64,000 nucleotides of DNA, from positions 205,592,001 through 205,656,000 of the forward strand of contig OZ024743.1 of the NCBI GenBank assembly GCA_964016885.1. Reading direction: 5' to 3'. This DNA is from Eledone cirrhosa. Lineage: Eukaryota. The notes below the pieces were generated by a model, which saw nothing but the letters and a program-made list of their open reading frames with translations, was not told the origin of the DNA and made no database searches. The position numbers were made by a program, and so were the translations under genes. How positions within the stretch are numbered: position 1 is the stretch's first letter; every line of letters begins with the position of its first letter. This document shows, one piece after another, positions 1 through 10,735 of this stretch.

Positions 1-2530
1 GACGGCTGGAAATTATGTCTCCTTGGACGGCTGGAAATTATCTCCCCTTGGACGGCTGGAAATTATCTCCCCTTGGACGGCTGGAAATTATCTCCCCTTG
101 GACGGCTAGATATTACCTCTCCTTGGACGGCTGGAAATTATCTGCCCTTGGACGGCTGGAAATTATCTCCCCTTGGACGGCTGGAAATTATTTCCCCTTG
201 ATTTTTTTTACAAATTATCTCCCGCTGATTTTTTTTTACAAATCTCCACCTAATTAAAAAAAAAATTATCTCCCCTTCGCTGGCTGGAAATTATCTTGCT
301 TTGGACGGCTGGAAATTATAGCCGCTTGTAGGGCTGGAAATTATCTCCCCTTGGACGGCTGGAAATTATCTCCCCTTGATTTTTTTTACTAAGTATCTCA
401 CCCTGATTTTTTTTTACAAATTATCTCCGCCTGATTTTTAAAAAAAAATTATCTCCCCTTGGCTGGATGGAAATTATCTCCCCTTGGACGGCTGGAAATT
501 ATCTTCCCTTGATTTCTTCTACAAATTATCTACCCCTGATTTTTTTTTTACAAATTATCTCTCCCTGATTTTTTTTTACAAATATCTCTCCTTGGCTGGC
601 TGGAAATTATCTCCCCTTGGCTGGCTGGAAATTATCTCCCCCTGATATTTTTTTACAAATTAGCTCCCCCTGATTTTTTTTACAAATTATCTCCCCCTGA
701 TTTTTTTCACAAATTATCTCCCCCTGATTTTTTTTACAAATTATCTCCCCTGATTTAAAAAAAAAAATTATCTCCCCTTGGACGGCTGGAAATTATCTCC
801 CCTTGGACGGCTGGAAATTATCGCCCCCTGATTTTTTTTTTACAAATTATCTCCACCTGATTTTTTTTACAAATCATCTCAGCCTGATTTTTTTAAAATA
901 TTATCTCCCTTGGCTTGCTGGAAATTATCTCCCCTTGGACGGCTATAAATTATCTCTCCTTCGACCGCTGGAAATTATCTCCCCTTGATTTTTTTACAAA
1001 TTATCTCCCCCTGATTTTTTTTTACCAATCAACCCCTGATTTAAAAACAAAAATTATCTCCCCTTCGCTGGCTGGAAATTATCTCCCCTTGGACGGCTGG
1101 AAATTATCTCCCCATGATTTTTTTTACAAATTATCTACCCCTGATTTTTTTACAAATTATCTCCCCCTGATTTTTTTTACAAATTATCTCCCCCTGATTT
1201 TTTTTTTTACAAATTATCTCCGCCTGATTTTTTTAAAATTATCTCCCCTTGGCTGGATGGAAATTATCTCCCCTTGGACGGCTGGAAATTATCTCCCCTT
1301 GGAAGGATGGAAATTATCTCCCCTTGGACGGCTGGAAATTATCTCCCCTTGCACGGCTGGAAATTATCTCCCCTTGGACGGCTAGAAATTACCTCTCCTT
1401 GGACGGCTGAAAATTATCTCCCCTTGGACGGCTGGAAATTATGTCCACCTGATTTTTTTTTACAAATCATCTCCGCCTGATTTTTTTAAAAACTTATCTC
1501 CCTTGGCTTGCTGGAAATTATCTCCCCTTGGACGGCTATAAATTATCTCTCCTTCGACGGCTGGAAATTATCTCCCCTTGATTTTTTTACAAATTATCTC
1601 CCCCTGATTTTTTTTTACCAATCTACCCCTGATTTAAAAAAAAAATTATCTCTCCTTCGCTGGCTGGAAATTATCTCCCCTTGGACGGCTGGAAATTATC
1701 TCCCCTTGATTTTTTTTACAAATTATCTACCCCTGATTTTTTTACAAATTATCTCCCCCTGATTTTTTTTTACAAATTATCTCCCCTTGATTTTTTTTTT
1801 TTTACAAATTATCTCCGCCTGATTTTTTTTAAATTATCTCCCCTTGGCTGGATGGAAATTATCTCCCCTTGGACGGCTGGAAATTATCTCCCCTTGCACG
1901 GCTGGAAATTATCTTCCCTTGGACGGCTAGAAATTACCTCTCCTTGGACGGCTGAAAATGATCTCCCCTTGGACGGCTGGAAATTATCTCCCCCTGATTT
2001 TTTTTACAAATTATCTCCCCTTGCACGGCTGGAAATTATCTCCCCTTGGACGGCTGGAAATTATCTGCCCTTGATTTTGTTTTTACAAATTATCTCCCCC
2101 TGATTTTTTTTACAAATTATCTCCACCTGATATTTTAAAAAATTATCTCCCCTTGGACGGCTGGAAATTATCTCCCCTTGGCTGGAAATTATCTCCCCTT
2201 GGACGGCTAGAAATTATCTCTCTTTGGACGGCTGGAAATTATCTCCCCTTGATTCTTTTTACAAATTATCTCCCCCTGATTTTTTTTACAAATCTCACAG
2301 TGATTTTTTAAAAAAAATTATCTCCCCTTCGCTGGCTGGAAATTATCTCCCCTTGGACGCTGGAAATTATAGCCCCTTGGACGCTGGAAATTATCTTCCC
2401 TTGGACGGCTGGAAATTATCTCCCCTTGATTTTTTTACAAATTATCTCCCCCTGATTTTTTTTTACAAATTATCTCCCCCTGATTTTTTTTTTACAAATT
2501 ATCTCCCCTTGGACGGGTGGAAATTATCTC
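1..2530 (+). repeat. ~2.5-kb block dispersed in the array; copies start at ~1, 5535, 12652, 36681, 42190, 54065 and 59599, with partial copies at ~21842 and ~52467
   Basis: The artefact ORF MSPWTAG...TARYYL recurs at 15, 5549, 12666, 21856, 36695, 42204, 52481, 54079 and 59613. Shared markers include CTAGATATTACC, ACTAAGTATCTCACC and ACCAATCAACCCC; the latter two are absent from the 21842 copy. Confidence 0.88.
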
Positions 2531-4964
2531 CCCTTGGACGGCTTGAAATTATCTCCCCTTGGACGGCTAGAAATTACCTCTCCTTGGACGGCTGAAAATT
2601 ATCTCCCCTTGATTTTTTTTACAAATTATCTCCCCCTGATTTTTTTTTTTACAAATTATCTCCCCCTGATTTTATTTTACATATTATCTACCCCTGATTT
2701 TTTTTTACAAATTATCTCCACATTATCTTTTTTACAAATTATCTCCCCCTGATTTTTTTTTTACAAATTATCTCCCCCTGATTTTTTTACAAATTATCTC
2801 CCCCTAATTTATTTTACAAATTATCTCCGCCTGATTTTTTTAAATATTATCTTCCCTTGGCTGGCGGGAAATAATCTCCCCTTGGACGGCTGGAAATTAT
2901 CTCCCCTTGGAAGGATGGAAATTATCTTCCCTTGGACGGCTGGAAATTATCTCCCCTTGCACGGCTGGAAATTATCTCCCCTTGGACGGCTGGAAATTAT
3001 CTCCCCTTGGATGGCTAGAAATTATCTCTCTTTGGACGGCTGGAAATTATCTCCCCTTGATTTTTTTTACAAATTATCTCCCCCTGATTTTTTTTACAAA
3101 TCTCCCAGTGATTTTTAAAAAAAAATTATCTCCCTTTCGCTGGCTGGAAATTATCTCCCCTTGGACGCTGGAAATTATAGCCCCTTGGAGGGCTGGAAAT
3201 TATCTTCCCTTGGACGGCTGGAAATTATCTCCCCTTGATTTTTTTTACATATTATCTCCCCCTGATTTTTTTTACAACTTATCTCCGCCTGATTTTTTTA
3301 AAAAAATTATCTCCCCTTGGACGGCTGGAAATTATCTCCCCTTGGACGGCTGGAAATTATCTCTCCTTGGACGGCTAGAAATTACCTCTCCTTGGACGGC
3401 TGAAAATTATCTCCCCTTGGACGGCTGGAAATTATCTCCCCTTGATTTTTTTTACAAATTATCTCCCCCTAATTTTTTTTACAAATTATCTCCCCCTGAT
3501 TTTTTTTACAAATTATATTCCCTTGGCTGGCTGGAAATTATCTCCCCTTGGAGGCTGGAATTTATCTCCCCTTGGACGGCTAGAAATTACCTCTCCTTGG
3601 ACGGCTGGAAATTATGTCTCCTTGGACGGCTGGAAATTATCTCCCCTTGGACGGCTGGAAATTATCTCCCCTTGGACGGCTGGAAATTATCTCCCCTTGA
3701 ACGGCTAGAAATTACCTGTCCTTGGACGGCTGAAAATTATCTCCCCTTGGACGGCTGGAAATTATCTCCCCTTGATTTTTTACAAATTATCTCCCCCTGA
3801 TTTTTTTTACAAATTATCTCCCCCTGATTTTTTTTTACAAATTATCTACCCCTGATTTTTTTTACAAATCTCCCAGTGATTTTTTTAAAAAAATTATCTC
3901 CCCTTCGCTGGCTGGAAATTATCTCCCCTTGGACGCTGGAAATTATAGCCCCTTGGAGGGCTGGAAGTTATCTTTCCTTGGAGGGCTGGAAATTATCTTC
4001 CCTTGGACGGCTGGAAATTATCTCCCCTTGATTTTTTTTACAAATTATCTCCCCCTGATTTTTTTTTACAAATTATCTCCCCCTGATTTTTTTTTTACAA
4101 ATTATCTGCGCCTGATTTTTTTTAAAAATTATCTCCCCTTGGACGGCTGGAAATTATCTCCCCTTGGACGGCTGGAAATTATCTCCCCTTGGACGGCTAG
4201 AAATTACCTCTCCTTGGACGGCTTAAAATTATCTCCCCTTGATTTTTTTTTACAAATTATCTACCCCTGATTTTTTTTTACAAATTATCTACGCCTGATT
4301 TTTTTTTCCAAATTATCTCCCCCTGATTTTTTTTTACAAATTATCTCCCCCTGTTTTTTTTTACAAATTATTTCCCCCTGATTATTTTACAAATTATCTC
4401 CGCCTGATTTTTTTAAATATTATCTTCCCTTGGCTGGCGGGAAATTATCTCCCCTTGGACGCCTGGAAATTATCTCCCCTTGGAAGGATGGAAATTATCT
4501 CCCCTTGGACGGCTGGAAATTATCTCCCCTTGCACTGCTGGAAATTATCTCCCCTTGGACGGCTGGAAATTATCTCCCCTTGGCTGGAAATTATCTCCCC
4601 TTGGACGGCTAGAAATTATCTCTCTTTGGACGGCTGGAAATTATCTCCCCTTGATTTTTTTACAAATTATCTCCCCCTGATTTTTTTACAAATCTCCCAG
4701 TGTTTTTTTTTTTAAATTATCTCCCCTTCGCTGGCTGGAAATTATCTCCCCTTGGACGCTGGAAATTATAGCCCCTTGGAGGGCTGGAAATTATCTTCCC
4801 TTGGACGGCTGGAAATTATCTCCCCTTGATTTTTTTTACAAATTATCTCCCCCTGATTTTTTTTTACAAATTATCTCCCCCTGATTTTTTTTTACAAATT
4901 ATCTCCCCCTGATTTTTTTTACAACTTATCTCCGCCTGATTTTTTAAAAAAAATTATCTCCCCT

Positions 4965-5560
4965 TGGACGGCTAGAAATTACCTCTCCTTGGACGGCTGA
5001 AAATTATCTCCCCTTGGACGGCTGGAAATTATCTCCCCTTGATTTTTTTTACAAATTATCTCCCCCTGATTTTTTTTTACAAATTATCTCCCCCTGATTT
5101 TTTTTACAAATTATCTCCCCCTGATTTTTTTTTACAAATTATCTCCCCCTGATTTTTTTTACAAATTATATCCCCTTGGCTGGCTGGAAATTATCTCCCC
5201 TTGGAGGCTGGAATTTATCTCCCCTTGGACGGCTAGAAATTACCTCTCCTTGGACGGCTGGAAATTATGTCTCCTTGGACGGCTAGAAATTACCTCTCCT
5301 TGGACGGCTGAAAATTATCTCCCCTTGGACGGCTGGAAATTATCTCCCCTTGATTTTTTTACAAATTATCTCCCCCTGATTTTTTTTACAAATTATCTCC
5401 CCCTGATTTTTTTTTACAAATTATCTCCCCCTGATTTTTTTTACAAATTATATCCCCTTGGCTGGCTGGAAATTATCTCCCCTTGGAGGCTGGAATTTAT
5501 CTCCCCTTGGACGGCTAGAAATTACCTCTCCTTGGACGGCTGGAAATTATGTCTCCTTGG
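4965..5560 (+). repeat. Short tandem duplication of an 11-12-monomer unit (~283 bp here; 311 bp in the copies at ~36.1-36.7 kb and ~51.9-52.5 kb)
   Basis: The marker ATTATAT(C/T)CCCTTGGCTGGCTGG...GGAGGCTGGAATTTATC...ATTATGTCTCC occurs twice, at ~5170/5452, 36287/36598 and 52073/52384. Confidence 0.82.
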
Positions 5561-8500
5561 ACGGCTGGAAATTATCTCCCCTTGGACGGCTGGAAATTAT
5601 CTCCCCTTGGACGGCTGGAAATTATCTCCCCTTGGACGGCTAGATATTACCTCTCCTTGGACGGCTGGAAATTATCTGCCCTTGGACGGCTGGAAATTAT
5701 CTCCCCTTGGACGGCTGGAAATTATTTCCCCTTGATTTTTTTTACAAATTATCTCCCGCTGATTTTTTTTTACAAATCTCCACCTAATTAAAAAAAAAAT
5801 TATCTCCCCTTCGCTGGCTGGAAATTATCTTGCTTTGGACGGCTGGAAATTATAGCCGCTTGTAGAGCTGGAAATTATCTCCCCTTGGACGGCTGGAAAT
5901 TATCTCCCCTTGATTTTTTTTACTAAGTATCTCACCCTGATTTTTTTTTACAAATTATCTCCGCCTGATTTTTAAAAAAAAATTATCTCCCCTTGGCTGG
6001 ATGGAAATTATCTCCCCTTGGACGGCTGGAAATTATCTTCCCTTGATTTCTTCTACAAATTATCTACCCCTGATTTTTTTTACAAATTATCTCTCCCTGA
6101 TTTTTTTTTACAAATATCTCTCCTTGGCTGGCTGGAAATTATCTCCCCTTGGCTGGCTGGAAATTATCTCTCCCTGATATTTTTTTACAAATTAGCTCCC
6201 CCTGATTTTTTTTACAAATTATCTCCCCCTGATTTTTTTCACAAATTATCTCCCCGTGATTTTTTTTACAAATTATCTCCCCTGATTTAAAAAGAAAAAG
6301 TATCTCCCCTTGGACGGCTGGAAATTATCTCCCCTTGGACGGCTGGAAATTATCGCCCCCTGATTTTTTTTTTACAAATTATCTCCACCTGATTTTTTTT
6401 ACAAATCATCTCAGCCTGATTTTTTTTAAATATTATCTCCCTTGGCTTGCTGGAAATTATCTCCCCTTGGACGGCTATAAATTATCTCTCCTTCGACGGC
6501 TGGAAATTATCTCCCCTTGATTTTTTTACAAATTATCTCCCCCTGATTTTTTTTTACCAATCAACCCCTGATTTAAAAACAAAAATTATCACCCCTTCGC
6601 TGGCTGGAAATTATCTCCCCTTGGACGGCTGGAAATTATCTCCCCTTGATTTTTTTTACAAATTATCTACCCCTGATTTTTTTACAAATTATCTCCCCCT
6701 GATTTTTTTTACAAATTATCTCCCCCTGATTTTTTTTTTTTACAAATTATCTCCGCCTGATTTTTTTAGAATTATCTCCCCTTGGCTGGATGGAAATTAT
6801 CTCCCCTTGGACGGCTGGAAATTATCTCCCCTTGGAAGGATAGAAATTATCTCCCCTTGGACGGCTGGAAATTATCTCCCCTTGCACGGCTGGAAATTAT
6901 CTCCCCTTGGACGGCTAGAAATTACCTCTCCTTGGACGGCTGAAAATTATCTCCCCTTGGACGGCTGGAAATTATGTCCACCTGATTTTTTTTACAAATC
7001 ATCTCCGCCTGATTTTTTTAAAAACTTATCTCCCTTGGCTTGCTGGAAATTATCTCCCCTTGGACGGCTATAAATTATCTCTCCTTCGACGGCTGGAAAT
7101 TATCTCCCCTTGATTTTTTTACAAATTATCTCCCCCTGATTTTTTTTTACCAATCTACCCCTGATTTAAAAAAAAATTATCTCTCCTTCGCTGGCTGGAA
7201 ATTATCTCCCCTTGGACGGCTGGAAATTATCTCCCCTTGATTTTTTTTACAAATTATCTACCCCTGATTTTTTTACAAATTATCTCCCCCTGATTTTTTT
7301 TTACAAATTATCTCCCTTTGATTTTTTTTTTTTACAAATTATCTCCGCCTGATTTTCTTAAAATTATCTCCCCTTGGCTGGATGGAAATTATCTCCCCTA
7401 GGACGGCTGGAAATTATCTCCCCTTGCACGGCTGGAAATTATCTTCCCTTGGACGGCTAGAAATTACCTCTCCTTGGACGGCTGAAAATTATCTCCCCTT
7501 GGACGGCTGGAAATTATCTCCCCCTGATTTTTTTTACAAATTATCTCCCCTTGCACGGCTGGAAATTATCTCCCCTTGGACGGCTGGAAATTATCTGCCC
7601 TTGATTTTGTTTTTACAAATTATCTCCCCCTGATTTTTTTTACAAATTATCTCCACCTGATATTTTAAAAAATTATCTCCCCTTGGACGGCTGGAAATTA
7701 TCTCCCCTTGGCTGGAAATTATCTCCCCTTGGACGGCTAGAAATTATCTCTCTTTGGACGGCTGGAAATTATCTCCCCTTGATTCTTTTTACAAATTATC
7801 TCCCCCTGATTTTTTTTACAAATCTCCCAGTGATTTTTTTAAAAAAATTATCTCCCCTTCGCTGGCTGGAAATTATCTCCCCTTGGACGCTGGAAATTAT
7901 AGCCCTTTGGACGCTGGAAATTATCTTCCCTTGGACGGCTGGAAATTATCTCCCCTTGATTTTTTTACAAATTATCTCCCCCTGATTTTTTTTTACAAAT
8001 TATCTCCCCCTGATTTTTTTTTTACAAATTATCTCCCCTTGGACGGGTGGAAATTATCTCCCCTTGATTTTTTTACAAATTATCTCCCCCTGATTTTTTT
8101 TTACCAATCTACCCCTGATTTAAAAAAAAAAATTATCTCCCCTTCGCTGGCTGGAAATTATCTCCCCTTGGACGGCTTGAAATTATCTCCCCTTGGACGG
8201 CTAGAAATTACCTCTCCTTGGACGGCTGAAAATTATCTCCCCTTGATTTTTTTTACAAATTATCTCCCCCTGATTTTTTTTTTTACAAATTATCTCCCCC
8301 TGGTTTTATTTTACATATTATCTACCCCTGATTTTTTTTTACAAATTATCTCCACCTGATCTTTTTTACAAATTATCTCCCCCTGATTTTTTTTTTACAA
8401 ATTATCTCCCTCTGATTTTTTTACAAATTATCTCCCCCTGATTTTTTTTTCAAATTATCTCCGCCTGATTTTTTTAAATATTATCTTCCCTTGGCTGGCG

Positions 8501-10499
8501 GGAAATTATCTCCCCTTGGACGGCTGGAAATTATCTCCCCTTGGAAGGATGGAAATTATCTCCCCTTGGACGGCTGGAAATTATCTCCCCTTGCACTGCT
8601 GGAAATTATCTCCCCTTGGACGGCTGGAAATTATCTCCCCTTGGCTGGAAATTATCTCCCCTTGGACGGCTAGAAATTATCTCTTTGGACGGCTGGAAAT
8701 TATCTCCCCTTGATTTTTTTACAAATTATCTCCCCCTTATTTTTTTTACAAATCTCCCAGTGATTTTTTTTAAAAAATTATCTCCCCTTCGCTGGCTGGA
8801 AATTATCTCCCCTTGGACGCTGGAAATTATAGCCCCTTGGAGGGCTGGAAATTATCTTCCCTTGGACGGCTGGAAATTATCTCCCCTTGATTTCTTTTAC
8901 AAATTATCTCCCCCTGATTTTTTTTTACAAATTTTCTCCCCCTGATTTTTTTTTACAAATTATCTCCCCCTGATTTTTTTTACAACTTATCTCCGCCTGA
9001 TTTTTTTAAAAAAATTATCTCCCCTTGGACGGCTGGAAATTATCTCCCCTTGGACGGCTGGAAATTATCTCTCCTTGGACGGCTGGAAATTATCTCCCCT
9101 TGATTTTTTTTACTAATTATCTCCCCCTGATTTTTTTTTACAAATATCTCCCCTTGGCTGCCTGGAAATTATCTCCCCTTGGCAGGCTGGAAATGATCTC
9201 CCCTTGGACGGCTGGAAATTATCTCCTCTTGGACGCCTAGAAATTACCTCTCCTTGGACAGCTGTAAATTATCTCCCCTTGGACGGCTGGAAATTATCTT
9301 GCCTTGGACGGCTGGAAATTATCTCCCCTTGATTTTGTATACAAATTATCTCCCCCTGATTTTTTTTTACAAATTATCTGCCCCTGATTATTTTTTTACA
9401 AATTAGCTTCGCCTGATTTTTTTTTAAAATTATCTCCCCTTGGACGGCTGGAAATTATCTCCCCTTGGACGGCTGGAAATTATCTCCCCTTGAACGGCTA
9501 GAAATTACCTCTCCTTGGACGGCTGAAAATTATCTCCCCTTGGACGGCTGGAAATTATCGCCCCCTGATTTTTTTTAACAAATTATCTCCACCTGATTTT
9601 TTTTACAAATCATCTCCGCCTGATTTTTTTAAAAAATTATCTCCCTTTCGCTGGCTGGAAATTATCTCCCCTTGGACGCTGGAAATTATAGCCCCTTGGA
9701 CGGCTGGAAATTATCTCCCCTTGATTTTTTTTACATATTATCTCCCCCTGATTTTTTTTTACGAATTATCTCCCCGATTTTTTTTTACAAATTATCTCCC
9801 CCTGATTTTTTTTTACAAATTATCTCCGCCTGATTTTTTAAAAAAAATTATCTCCCCTTGGACGGCTGGAAATTATCTCCCCTTGAACGGCTGGAAATTA
9901 TCTCCCCTTGGACGGCTGGAAATTATCTCCCCTTGGACGGCTGGAAATTATCTCCCCTTGGACGGCTAGAAATTACCTATCCTTGGACGGCTGGAAATTA
10001 TCTCCCCTTGGACGGCTGGAAATTATCTCCCCTTGGACGGCTGGAAATTATTTCCCCTTGATTTTTTTTACAAATTATCTCCCCCTGATTTTTTTTACAA
10101 ATCTCCCCCTAATTTAAAAAAAAATTATCTCCCCTTCGCTGGCTGGAAATTATCTCCCTTTGGACGGCTGGAAATTATAGCTGCTTGTAGGGCTGGAAAT
10201 GATCTCCCCTTGGACGGCTGGAAATTATCTCCCCTTTATGTCTTCTACAAATTATCTACCCCTGATTTTTTTTTTAGAAATTATCTCCGCCTGATTTTTT
10301 TTTACAAATTATCTGCGCCTGATTTTTTTTTACAAATTAGCTCCGCCTGATTTTTTAAAAAATTATCTCCCCTTGGACGGCTGGAAATTATCTCCCCTTG
10401 GACGGCTGGAAATTATCTCCCCTTGGACGGCTAGAAATTATCTCTCTTTGGACGACTGGAAATTATCTCCCCTTGGACGGCTGCAAATTATCTCCCCTT

Positions 10500-10735
10500 G
10501 ATTTTTTTTACAAATTATCTCCCCCTGATTTTTTTTACAAATTATCTCCCCCTGATTTTTTTTTACAAATTATCTACCCCTGATTTTTTTACAAATTATC
10601 TCCCCCTGATTTTTTTTTACAAATTATCTCCCCCTGATTTTTTTTACAAATTATCTCCCCCTGATTTTTTTTTACAAATTATCTCCCCCTGATTTTTTTA
10701 CAAATTATCTCCCCCTGATTTTTTTAAAAATTATC
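10500..10735 (+). repeat. Long type-B (T-tract) run of ~9 units; copies at ~17.6, ~34.5 and ~50.3 kb
   Basis: Consecutive GA-T7-9-ACAAATTATCT(C/A)CCCCT units ending in a T7A5 linker followed by CTTCCCTGGGCTGGCGGG. Confidence 0.85.

Larger units (their letters stand above)
1..9936 (+). repeat. Copy 1 of a near-identical direct repeat with period 54,064 bp
   Basis: ORFs from 15 to 9025 recur at exactly +54,064 (15/54079, 2907/56971, 9025/63089). Private variants are shared, e.g. CCCATGA ~1111/55175, TCTCACAG ~2293/56357, AAGGATAG ~6836/60900, and a 2-bp deletion ~8681/62745. Confidence 0.95.

Noticed and set aside
421-450. Rho-independent terminators or Pol III terminators at T-tracts
   Set aside because: No GC-rich hairpin precedes the T-runs and there is no upstream gene or A/B-box promoter. 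The tracts are part of monomer B.
10500-10735. G-quadruplex potential from G4/G5 runs on the minus strand
   Set aside because: The G-runs are ~21-23 nt apart, far longer than canonical 1-7 nt loops, so stable intramolecular G4 is not supported.
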